Assembly: GCF_041956535.1 (NCBI RefSeq)
Contig: NW_027192217.1
Span: forward strand, 54,196-118,195
Direction: 5' to 3'
DNA: 64,000 nucleotides
From: Calcarisporiella thermophila CBS 279.70
Lineage: Eukaryota > Fungi > Calcarisporiellomycota
Part shown: positions 1 to 11,463 of the stretch, one piece after another
Numbering within the stretch: position 1 is the first letter of the stretch
Layout of the letters: the number at the start of each line of letters is the position of its first letter
Program-made: the position numbers and the translations under genes
The notes under the pieces: model-generated
What the model was told of the DNA's origin: nothing
Databases searched by the model: none
What the model saw: the letters and a program-made list of their open reading frames with translations, nothing else

Positions 1-80
1 GCGCCCGTGCTGCACCGAATAATTTATTTTTTTTTGCCTCAGTGGCTTGGACAGCTTTACTAAAAATCCAGGGTTAAAGA

Positions 81-151
81 GCATGGTTGGTTTAGTGGTA
101 TAATTGCCGCCTGCCACGCGGCAGACCCGGGTTCGATTCCCGGACCATGCA
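81..151 (+). tRNA. tRNA-Gly(GCC), copy 1
   Basis: 71-nt cloverleaf GCATGGT...ACCATGC-A; anticodon arm GCCGC-CTGCCAC-GCGGC; T-arm CCGGG-TTCGATT-CCCGG; T-run shortly downstream. Confidence 0.97.
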
Positions 152-380
152 TTTAGTTATCTTTTTATTTTTATATAATTCTTCGAATCTAATTTGGGGA
201 AGCTTATAGAATATTGCCACACGATTCTAACAAAAGCTTCAGACATATATTCTAAATTTTAATTAAAGATACGTTTATATATTTTTAAATAATAAAATAG
301 TATATATATAAGTTGTCAATATTGTAAAATTTTTGAAATAGAATCGATTATTTTAAATAATTATGCCTTTGAAAGACCCT

Positions 381-2694
381 TCAACTCCAGACATCCTCTT
401 GATAACGCCCTCGGCTTCGCAGTTCTTTCACCCACGATTGTGCTGCCGCTTCGGAAAGGCCGCCATACTTCTGGGCGATGTCAGCAAGCGCATCCTGCAC
501 ATCATGAGCCATGTGCTTGGCATCCCCGCAAACGTAAAAATATCCACCATTTTCTCCAATAAGCCTCCAGACTTCTTCGCCATGCTCACGTAGGCGGTGT
601 TGAACGTATATCTTTTCCTTTTGCTGACGTGAAAACGCGCAGATTATTCGGCTCTTCTCGGAGAGGTCATTGAACATTGAGGGCCACTCCTCTTCATACA
701 GAAAGTCCTCTTCTTGATGCCGGCATCCATAGAATAGCAACGTGTCTCCAACCTGCTTGCCCTCGCGTGCAAGATGAGCACGCTCCTGAACAAACCCACG
801 AAAAGGTGCAACCCCTGATCCCGGCCCAACCATCACTATGGGAAGCACAGAATTACGTGGCAGTTTGAAGTTGGATCGCCGCAAATGTATAGGCACTTTC
901 AATCCCGCATCGTGGATGTATGTATCTCGTGGACCCTCCAGCCGATACTTGGGGCAAATGAAGCTTGGAGATGGCGTGAAATGTTTGTGCGCAGCAAATA
1001 AATAATTTGTTGCCACCCCATACACTGTTCGATCAACGGTGGGTTCGTAGCGGAGCACGACTGCAGTCAAATGCACTTTCTGGGGATGTACACGTGAAGA
1101 GGATGAGATGGAATAATATCGGCACTGCAACCGTGGAACACTCTCCACCACAACATCGAATGGCAATGGAAATACCCCATTGGTTCCTGCAACAAGCTCA
1201 AGGACTTCCGCGAGCGTGCGCGCAGCTGTCATCACCTCCTTATGATAAGCATCCTTGTCATTTCCAAGCGTGGAGAGTGCCGATTTCGCCTCCGGGGTTG
1301 GGGCAAACTGGACTAGTCCAGCGAGGGTTTGACGTGAGGGTCGACTGCATATTTCGAGATAGTGACGGAAAATCGTTCGGTAAGATGCTGGGACGGGAAA
1401 CGGATACGGACGACTCGACGTCGGATCCGTACTCTCCACCATGATCACACTATCCAGCTTGTCTGACAGCGCAAGCACTTTCGCCAAACGGTCAACCTCT
1501 TCCTCCGGATTCGTAGGCCAAATGGCGATATGATCGCCTGCCTCGTAATGAAGCCCAGAACCAGAAATATCCAGCTCTCCGTGTATACAAAAACGGGATG
1601 CTTTGTCGGAGAAAACATTGCGCGTTAACAAAGGTGCGATGAATGGGTTCTTGGCATCATACACCGGATTACTATACATTTGGTAGAAACAAAAGTGTCA
1701 GTAGAGCTGGAGAGAGTGTATAGAGTAAAAAATTCTTCATCCTTCCTACAACTTACGTTCCAAAGGTTAGCTTAGCTTCTACGAGTTCACCCTCAAATAA
1801 ATGCTGTTTATCTATCTCTTCTTTAGAAAGTTCTTTCACTGTATATGATGCTTGCCGTTCGCCTTCATGTTCCTCCACCCCCATGACCTCGCAAACTGCT
1901 TTCCACATATCGTCCTTCCACATCAGAAAATCTTCTTCTAAATTTCCGTCATCGTCTCCCTCTCCACGCTCGCCAATCCTCCGCGCGCCCAATTCAGTCA
2001 GCCGTTGATCGAGGACACGGCCTACCTGATTGTAATGCTCGTAAGTGCGATTACCCAGGCCAAATATCACATAACTCAGGTTCTTCAAGGGCTTTTCTCC
2101 TTCATCCCCATCTCCCTGAGAAAATAGGGGCGCCTCATTATTGACTAGCTCCCAAAAATCAACGGCATTGTCTGTCGGCTCTCCTTCGCCATAAGTTGCC
2201 ATCACGAAGAAAGCAAGGCAATTCTCAGGAAGTTGGTCTAATAAATCCATATCGTAATCCTCGAGATTCGCCACCATTGTCCTCAGACCGTAATTCTGTG
2301 CGCCTTCTTTCGCGAGTCGAGAGGCGTAATCTTCTGCCGTGCCAGTTTGAGAACCATAGAATAAAATAACATTTCTATTCATTTCTCGCATCTTGTCTAC
2401 AAAATTGCGAGATACTTTTACGGGAGGCTGTGTGGCAGAGATCGCAGGTTTCCAGGCAGTGGGAGTTTCAGATTTAGGAACAGAGTCTTCAGCATTGCCG
2501 CCTAGACCTATGAGGTTAAGAATAGGGCGTCGTAGGAAATACACAGCTGTACAGACGCCGACTGTCCCCGCAATGAACACGTCCACGACATCAATTCCAT
2601 CTTGCAATAATGCTGACAACAAATGTCAAATTCCATACTGTTGGATTGGAGTGGAGAAGTCGGCATTCCGTGACTTACCAGCATCAAACGACAT
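381..2694 (-). CDS. NCP1: NADPH-cytochrome P450 reductase (3 exons)
   Basis: N-terminal TM anchor; FMN motifs YGSQTGTAE and ATYGEGEPTDNA; RYYSISS; GPGSGVAPFRGF; C-terminal YQEDVWS. Short first exon MSFDA followed by GTAAGT inferred at 2694. Confidence 0.95.
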
Positions 2695-3198
2695 TAGAAG
2701 GCTATTTAGAGCTGGAGTGAAGCAGTATCAGCAATGAAGGCGAGAAGAGATGTACAAAATCGAGTGATGAATTGAAATTATAGTCTAATTCGAAGAGTTG
2801 AGGAGAATGCCAAGATTACTTGGAGTGCCACGATAGGAAAATTAGAGGTGGAGTTAAAACATCAATTTTATAATTTCACATGTTTTTTTGAGAGGAAATT
2901 TGTGGAGTTATTGAGTCCAAGTATGCAAAATTTCCATTTTGTTTCTTGTCATACGAAACATTCGTGTCAACTAGTGATAAGATTTCCAACCAACCTCACT
3001 AGGCTTTTGAGCTCAAACTTTTCCTGTTCTACCGCATAGCAATCGAAATATTCGTTGCAGAGCAGCTTTCTCCGCATTTATAATTTTAAGCTTGTTCAAT
3101 TACCATTCTCTGAAAATTTAATGCCAAATATATATATATAAAGAAAAACAGAAATTATGGTGATTTAAGAATTTTATATCCTCTTGGGACCGCTCCTC

Positions 3199-5211
3199 TT
3201 AACCCCGTCGTTGACGTGGTGCGCACCGGATAATATCGTCTACTCGCAAAATCATCTCGGCGGCCTCGGATGCAGAGAGCACCACTTGGCGTTTGAGCTT
3301 GTAAGATTCTGTGATGCCAAGCTGACGCATGTCTCCAATGGTTGCACCCTGCATGTCAAGGCCGTGGGTCGAGTGGCCATCATGGTGAGCAGCCCTCAAC
3401 CTTGCTACCAGATCCGAGCTATCGTATCCAGCATTATCTGCAAGAATAGTGGGCATTTGTCTGAGAGCGCGGGCAAAGGACTCAATGGCCACGGCCTGCT
3501 TTCCGGGTGTTGCTGCGGCCAACTCGTCTACAGCACGCGACATCAGCATTTCTGAACAACCACCACCCAACACAGTTCGGGGCTCCTTGACCGTCTGTGA
3601 GAGCACACTTAATGCGTCATGTAAGGAGCGCTCGGCCTCGTCAAGGAGTTGATTGGTAGCTCCTCGCAGCACAATTGTGCAAGCTTCGCCAGCAGCGACT
3701 CCGGAGAATTTAATCAGTTTATCCTCGCCAATGATTATTTCTTCAATAAGATCGCAGTGTCCAAGTTTGACAAGCTCAGGGTGGTCAAATGTAGAAGTGA
3801 TTTCGCCACCTAGTCAGAAAAAAGAAGGGTAAGTCGAAAATGAAGCCGAAAAAAAAATTCAAACAAATTACCAGTCACCAGAGCCAAACGCTCAATACCA
3901 TCGAAATCAGCATGCTCAATTGACATGATACCTGCTTCGGCGAATAATGACTCAGGCCAGTTATAAATGAGCTGACGATTGACAAAGCAGTTGATGCCAT
4001 GGGCCTTGATTTTTTCCACCTTTTGCTTCATCTTATCCTATAAATTTATTACTGCTTTAGTTAAGCAGTTCATTTACTCTAGCCAGCAATAGAAAAATTA
4101 CCCTCTCTGCACGTTCCAATTCAGCAAGCTTGCCAGTAGTGTCAACACGTACTCGAGCACCGAAAACCTTAATCTTGTCAGTGTCCATGGCTATGTAGGC
4201 ATAAAGCGTGTCAGTTAGTTTGTAAGAAGGCTGAAGACATTAGAAATGGGAAAAGATTCGTACCGGTATTTGCCACAAGTATTTTTGCATTCTCAATACG
4301 TTTCGGACAGTTAACCCCGATCTTTTTGTCCAATATAAATCCTATCAATATGCAAAATTCATTTGTATCAAGACTCCAACACTATTTCTCGTAAAACTAG
4401 AGTGTATGTACTACCTTCATCGAGATATGAATCAATAAGTCGGCCACCAGCCTTTTTAATGATTTGGATGTGGTCTAAGTCGGTGCTTCCCTAGTTTGGG
4501 TTAAGTGTGTAAAAAAAAGGATATATCAAAGAATACTAGTGCATCTGCTTACCTTCAATCTCAGGACAGCATCCACGGCAAGTTCAGCAAAGTATTCCTT
4601 ATCTTGTGACAATACTTTTGAGCTAAGGGTGGTCTTGGCAACATTGATCAGATCTTTCCTGAACTCGTCAGAGTTTGAGCTAAAATTTAAGTGTAAGCCA
4701 TTTAGCGAGAAGATAGCGCATTTGAATGTTGTACAAATAAAATGGCATTGTAAAAATGATATTGAATCATCACTTACCTATTATCAACCGCAGCATTTTC
4801 TAATGCCTTTAAAGCTGCAATGCTTGCAGCTCTATAACCCTCCACAATGGTTTGTGGATGAATTTTCATATTGACTAGTCGCTCTGCCTCACGCAGTAAT
4901 TCTGCAGCAAGAACACACACAGATGTCGTACCATCGCCAACCTCATCATCCTGGACTTTCGAGATGTTGACCAGAACCTTTGCAGCCGGGTTATCGAGCG
5001 CAATAGATTTGAGAATCGTTGCACCATCATTTGTAACGACAATATCGCCATTGGACGCGGATTGAAGGATCTTATCCATTCCTTTTGGGCCAAGAGTGGA
5101 TTTGACGAGATCGCCCACCGCAATAGCGCCTACAAAAGAGGAGAGGCGTGCATTCTCAGCACGCTCTTGAGTAGCTTGATCCTGGAAGATTTGAACAGGC
5201 ATCAACGACAT
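3199..5211 (-). CDS. CCT2: T-complex protein 1 subunit beta (CCT2), multi-exon
   Basis: [46 protein letters not shown]-terminal [15 protein letters not shown]. Confidence 0.96.
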
Positions 5212-5362
5212 GATGGACTAACTCGTACGCGTATTTTAGCGAAAAACTTGTACCGAACAATAAACAAAGAAATTAGTGATGATTTTTACTGCTTCTACGA
5301 GTGTTTATTCGTGGCTTAGCAAATGAATATTCGAGAACGCGAAATGTCAAAATAGGTCAAGT
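5212..5362. promoter_or_regulatory. 151-bp bidirectional promoter (CCT2/STN1) with MCB/SCB-like sites
   Basis: Head-to-head ATGs; ACGCGT at 5227-5232 and ACGCGAAA near 5337-5344. Confidence 0.5.
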
Positions 5363-6033
5363 ATGCTTTTACAACCCCTTTATTGGGGTTTAGATCCCCT
5401 TTTCTCCACTCATGTTAAATTCACATTACTTGACATCCACAAACTTGAATATAGGGAAGATTATGGTGCGTATTTACTGCTTACAAAATTTCGATATTTG
5501 ATATATACGTTCTCTCAGTAGATATCTATTTCTTTAAAGGGCGTCCTTTACGGTTCACAGAAATAGTGGGTGTGGTTGTAGGCATTGAACGAAAAGAAAA
5601 TTTCATAATTTATATACGTAAATATACAAAATGAAAAAAGATAAATCCTTAATTTCATGGCTAACAATAGATCTATAACAGTTGACGATGCAACTGCGAC
5701 ACTTCCTTGCATCTGCTGGCATATTCCTCACCAAGAGATGAAGATGAATATAGAACTAGGTAGTTTAATACGCGTGCGGGGTAAATTAGGAATGTGGAAG
5801 GAAGAACGACAAGTGAGCACATCAAATATCCGTATGTCTGACCATGGAACTATGTTGCTCGTATTTTGGCTAAAAGAAAAATATACATAGAAGAAATCAA
5901 TGATCCGAATGAGGAAGTCTTGCACATGCTCGAGGTTCGTAGGCTGCATGAAGTATACTCTACCCCTTTTCAAATGTCAAGTTTAGTTGAGGCTAAAAAA
6001 ACTGAACTCCAAGCGAAACTTTCAGAGGAATAA
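5363..6033 (+). CDS. STN1: CST complex subunit STN1, OB-fold only, ~163 aa, 4 exons (missed by the ORF track)
   Basis: Exons 5363-5465, 5522-5617, 5682-5831, 5891-6033 splice in frame: MLLQPLYWGLDPLFSTHVK...EIVGVVV...LDDATATLPCICW...VRGKLGMW...DPNEEVLHMLEV; WGLDP and DD-T-x-C-x-x-W are Stn1 hallmarks. Confidence 0.8.
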
Positions 6034-6249
6034 GAAGGATATACAACGAGCTCAGGAAAAGGAGGCTATTTCTTTGTGTAATTATAGCCACTCTGCGCAA
6101 TTATGCATGTATATAGTAGGGTCTCGGTTTATTCAAACATCTTCAAAATCACAGAGGAAAAAAAAGGAGAAAAATAAAAGAGAAATATTAAACAAACACT
6201 AATAGGAAATAAGATTTGTGATGCATAGATTATTTTAGTGTGCTCGCAT

Positions 6250-7715
6250 TTAGATCAAATCGGTCACTATAGTCAAAAAACAAAAGGGAAGTGATTAGAA
6301 AGATTTAGGGTGAACAGACACCAAACAAATAGATATCAAATTACCATTCATTGGCATTTCATCGATTTGCGTTGAGTAATACTGCTCAATGTCGCGCAGG
6401 ATTTTTAGGTCTTCGTTCGTGGTGAAGTTGATAGCGACACCCTTTCTTCCGAATCGCCCAGAACGGCCAATACGATGGATATAGAGCTCACGATTTAGAG
6501 GCAAATCATAGTTTATCACAAGAGATACTTGTTGCACGTCAATTCCACGTGCCCACACGTCTGTCGTTATTAGCACACGGCTGGCTCCTTGGCGGAATTC
6601 CAGCATAATTGCATCGCGCTCCTTTTGAGGCATATCGCCGTGCATCGAGGATACGGTGAAATTTGCCTCTCGCATTTTCTCCGTTAGCCAATCAACCTAA
6701 AAAAGAAACCCAATTTAGTGAGAGAGGTCAAGAGATAATGAACAGGAGCTGAAGACTTACCTTGCGACGAGTATTACAGAAAATCACAGCCTGCGTGATA
6801 GTAAGTGTATCGTAAAGATCACACAACGTGTCAAATTTCCACTCCTCCTTTTCCACCGCTACGAAAAATTGCTTGATACCCTCGAGGGTAATTTCATCAC
6901 GCTTGACGAGAATTCGAATCGGGTCCGTCATGAATTTTGTCGTCATCTCGAGCACATCATGAGGCAGCGTTGCGCTGACGAGAACAACTTGAGTAGCCGG
7001 TGGAAGATATCTATTGAGACATGTCAACACACTGAGTCCTCAATTTTCTAGCCCTTGAGTACTTACCGGTAGATATCATAAATCGCCTCTTTAAAGCCTT
7101 TGTTCAAAAGCTCATCCGCTTCGTCTAGGACTAGCATCTTAATATTTCGTGTTCGCAAATTCCGCCTCTTAATCATATCAAACACTCGCCCAGGGGTCCC
7201 TGATACAACATGTTGCCCATGGTCCAACTTTCGAATATCCTCACCAATACTAGTCCCACCAATACAAGCATGACACTGAACGTTCATATAATCACCCAAT
7301 GCAAGGACTACCGACTGGATCTGCGTTGCCAGTTCGCGCGTAGGGGAAAGAACAAGTGCCTGCGTTTCGCGCAACGCTGTGTCAATACATTGGAGGATGC
7401 CAATAGAAAAGGTAGCAGTTTTTCCTGTTCCTGATTGGGCCTGCGCAATAACATCACGCCCGCGCATGATAGGGATAATGGCACGTTGCTGGATGGCCGA
7501 AGGCTTCTCAAAGTTGTAGGCGTAAATACCACGGAGCAAATCCTCTTTTAGGCCAAGTGCATCGAAAGTCGGGAAGACTTTGACCTAGAATCGAAAAGAG
7601 AAAATTAAGATTGAGCCACCCTTTCCAACTCGATCCCAGAGACAGTTAAATAACCTACATCTTCGCTTGTCTCGAATTTGAGTTTTTCGTCCTCTTTGCG
7701 GCTAAATGTGGGCAT
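6250..7715 (-). CDS. FAL1: eIF4A-III / Fal1 DEAD-box helicase
   Basis: [57 protein letters not shown]-terminal IDEMPMNVTDLI after splicing. Confidence 0.95.
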
Positions 7716-7866
7716 GATCGCAAGATTCTCTTCTAATTCCTTTTGATCGACAACGATCTTTTTCAATAAGAAATTTGACAACAATCAGAGAGTTTTGATT
7801 ATTTGTGACGTCAAAAATAATGACGTAACTTTGTGCACAGAGGTAGATATATTATTATCTTTATTA

Positions 7867-8310
7867 CTATAGGGTGCTCCTTTGGTACTGCTCGGCCTTC
7901 CGCCTCTCCTCTTCAGGTCTCTCACCAAGCACTGTATCATATTGTGGTCTCCATCCACCCTTCCGCTCGTCTCCAGCAGCGACTCCTCCTCCAAAATGGG
8001 ATGTGCCTCGCAGACCCAGCGGTATTAAACTTCGCCCGCCTGCTGGTATAATTCGGGCTCCAAACCAGCCAAAACTAAACATAATTTCATTCGCGAATAT
8101 TTCCCCAAGTCCCAACATGACTCCATTGAGGAACGGAAGGAAAAAATTAATCCCAACAGCACGTAGTACACGAAGTAGGCTAGGATGACGGTAGAATGGA
8201 ACGATCTGTTGAGATTCTTGTTGGGATGTAGGAATTGATGTTGCTTCTATTTCAGTAGGATCTGAAGTTAACTCATCGCTTGCGAGGACTGGAATATTTT
8301 CTTCAGACAT
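7867..8310 (-). CDS. MIM1: Mitochondrial import protein Mim1/Tom13
   Basis: Signature INFFLPFLNGVMLGLGEIFANE; first ATG (MSEENIP) at 8310. Confidence 0.85.
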   Translation of the reverse strand: MSEENIPVLASDELTSDPTEIEATSIPTSQQESQQIVPFYRHPSLLRVLRAVGINFFLPFLNGVMLGLGEIFANEIMFSFGWFGARIIPAGGRSLIPLGLRGTSHFGGGVAAGDERKGGWRPQYDTVLGERPEEERRKAEQYQRSTL

Positions 8311-9291
8311 TCTGATAAATCTAACTTGAGACTTTATCAATCAAGGATATGTTCAAAAATAATATAAGACCTGGCGCGAGATACAAAATTAAGTGACTGT
8401 GATTAAAATGCAGGATTTAAAAAAAAAAAAGAAATATAGAGCCAGTTCAAGTAAAAAATTATAGTATATCAATGTGCTGGAGCCATTTCGTCTCCGCTAA
8501 TTCTTAAAGCACCAAGAGTATTTGATTATCATTGAATAATCTATACATTACGGAGATAAAAGCTATTAAAATATGAATAGTTTTCGCTTTAGATTTCCAT
8601 CGTGAATATGATTGAGTTATCCGTTTAGGCGATTTCCTTTACCGTATTGTCGCGTAAAAGAGATGGGATTTAAAGCAGAGGTTTTAGTAAAAGGATTTAT
8701 ACTAAAATTCATATTATACAGAGCTTATGTACGATTATATAAAACTCTCGTTAGAAGAAAAGTATATGCCAATACAGCCTTCTCGATGATTATTTTAGCA
8801 GTTGGGTTAGCTCTATATTCGGTTTTACCCATTTTTATTTTGAATATTTCTTCTTTTTTCTTTTATTCCTGTATCCATTACCCCTCTGATTGCAATAAGT
8901 ATATCGGATAGAAAGATACACTTGATTGCAATTGTCGTTTTATATATGTTCCAGACCGTGATTTCGTGTAGGATTGTAGAGTCTTGCCGGTCTTTGCCTG
9001 TCGTTTCCTCGTAGTATCCGAGGGGCTGTTCGTATCTCCGAATGCATGCTCAAGCCTTATCTAGAAACTTCTTATGGAGTCTATTGAGCCGATTCTAAAG
9101 TTCCCCAATTCTCGCACATCCAAAGAAAGCGTGTTATATGGTCTCTACCATTTCTTGCTGACATCTCCTGCAGTTAGGGCTTGATTAACCAATATGCTGG
9201 ACAAATTTTTCGTCGCGGACGAACGGAAAACAAAATGCTTTCATTTTCAGCGTGGCTTGGGAGTTGAGTTCTCTTATCATAAGAACTTCTA

Positions 9292-9362
9292 GCATGGTTG
9301 GTTTAGTGGTATAATTGCCGCCTGCCACGCGGCAGACCCGGGTTCGATTCCCGGACCATGCA
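9292..9362 (+). tRNA. tRNA-Gly(GCC), copy 2
   Basis: Identical to copy 1, followed by TTTT. Confidence 0.97.
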
Positions 9363-10016
9363 TTTTCAAAAATTTTTTAATCTACTTGTTCGAAATGACT
9401 TTCGAACTTATGCTGGGGGGAAGTGTCCACGTTCCTAGGGTCTTTTCTGAATTTGGGTATTACCGTAACATGAGTTTTTCAGATTTAGATATAGTCGCAG
9501 GTCATGTGAGATAGAGGTAAATCAAAAATAGCCACTCCTCCGCGTATCTACGCTGGGCTAATATTTCCTCTATCTATACACATATAGGTGTAGGCTATCA
9601 CGTCTGAATACCAAGCTAAAAGATACGCTTAGCCACCACAAGAAAAGATATTGGAAAATCTCTGCTAGATTAAAAAAATTCTCTCACAGCTCAATTTATG
9701 AAAAACGGCTCATTGTTTTGCTACAAGTTTTCCCCGTGAAAATAGTTTGAACAAAGACTTTCAATGTTCCCGAATAAATGAAGGTTCGATCTAACGGGAG
9801 GTCTAAGTTGAGCGGTCTCAGATAGTCACGTCTATTTTCATTAATGACCGTTGAATTGAAACTCTGCAGGTTTTAGGGTCTCCCTCAGAATAGAAATATA
9901 AATATTCCAAGATACAAGAAATTATTTTCTTCGTGTAACCGTTCGATATTGTACCTTGTTATTCTCATAATTATATCCCCAACCTGATTCCATCGAACAC
10001 ATTAACGACTGTAAAA

Positions 10017-11070
10017 ATGAAACTGACGCTCTACTCACCCAAGCAGATCGCTGAACATAACACACACAAGTCCTGCTGGGTGATCTATCGAGACAAGGTG
10101 TATGACCTGACCTCATTTGTAACTGATCACCCTGGCGGCACAGAGCTCATCCTCGCACGGGCGGGCGAGGATGTCACGACAGTAATGTCGGACCCGTTGG
10201 AACATGAACACAGCGATGCTGCCTATTCTATTCTTGAGGAATTTTGCATTGGTCAGCTTGCAGTAGCGCATGATTCTGGCGCAAAGACCGAAAATGAAAA
10301 GCAGAACGATGTGAAGTTTCTGGATCTGAATCAGCCCCTCTTCCCACAGATGTGCCGTGCCCGCTTTACCAAAGAGTTTTATATGCAACAAGTACACATC
10401 CCACGGCATCTCTCGCAGCCTGCACGCATTTTTCGCAACCCATATCTTGAGCTCTTGACAATGACACCCTGGTGGGTGATCCCGATAATTTGGACACCCG
10501 TCGTTGCATACTTCTATTCGAGCGCGGTCGAGCTTGCCGGTGTCGGGGCAATATTCATATGGGTCGCGGGTCTCGCCCTGTGGACCGTCATCGAGTATTT
10601 CATGCATCGCTTCCTGTTCCACGTCGATGAGCTCCTCCCCGATAACCAATTGGCGTTCATCCTCCACTTTTTCTTACACGGGATACACCACTACATCCCA
10701 ATGGATAGGTAAGCAGAACAGCGGACACTCTTCGGCCCCCCCACTTATGTACTAAGTCCAATTTGCTTGCCCCCATAGGCTTAGGCTTGTCATGCCTCCC
10801 GTCCTCTTTCTCATGCTTGCCACGCCTTTTATCAAGTTCTTCTATGCGACACTTCCTCCAGCCTTCGCCGCTGGCATTTCATCGGGAGCCATCACGGGCT
10901 ACATATGCTACGATCTCACCCATTATTACCTGCATCACAGCACCCCCAAATTCAAGCACTTTAGAGACATGAAGAAGTACCATATCGATCATCACTATAA
11001 GCAGTCTGACTTGGGGTTTGGCGTGACCCTCAAGTTCTGGGACCTTGTGTTTGGCACCGAGTTGAAATAG
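10017..11070 (+). CDS. SCS7: Sphingolipid fatty acid 2-hydroxylase with cytochrome b5 domain (2 exons)
   Basis: b5 motif DHPGG; His boxes EYFMHRFLFH, LHGIHH, YDLTHYYLHH, KKYHIDHHY; intron ~10709-10779. Confidence 0.94.
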
Positions 11071-11463
11071 AGAGGCGAGGGATCAGATTGCCAAAGGGGT
11101 CGATTATTTATTGAGGCTTTTCGAGCGCCGTGGATCTGCCAATATATCTTTTGTTATTATATAATCCTAGCTATGTAACTCTTGTCACCCATCTTTATCA
11201 TCCAAAATTCTCTAGCTCTCTTTAATTCAAGCCTAATATCAAGAAACCCTGTTATCTTCTTCCGATTCCCCGAAAAAAAACTCTCGAGTTCGCCCTCCCG
11301 TTTTGTAAGCAAACGGAATGGATTGTTTTCCTATGTATTTATGAGGCTAAGTAAAATTGGTATCCAAAAATATATATGTAGAACAATCTAAAATAAATCG
11401 GTTGTGACAAAAAAAAAAACCAAAAATCAAGGGCTAAGAGAGAAATAATAATAATATATATAT

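Noticed and set aside
5618-5681. STN1 intron 2 as U12-type (ATCCTTAAT)
   Set aside because: The donor is GTAAAT and a U2-type GCTAAC branch is present.
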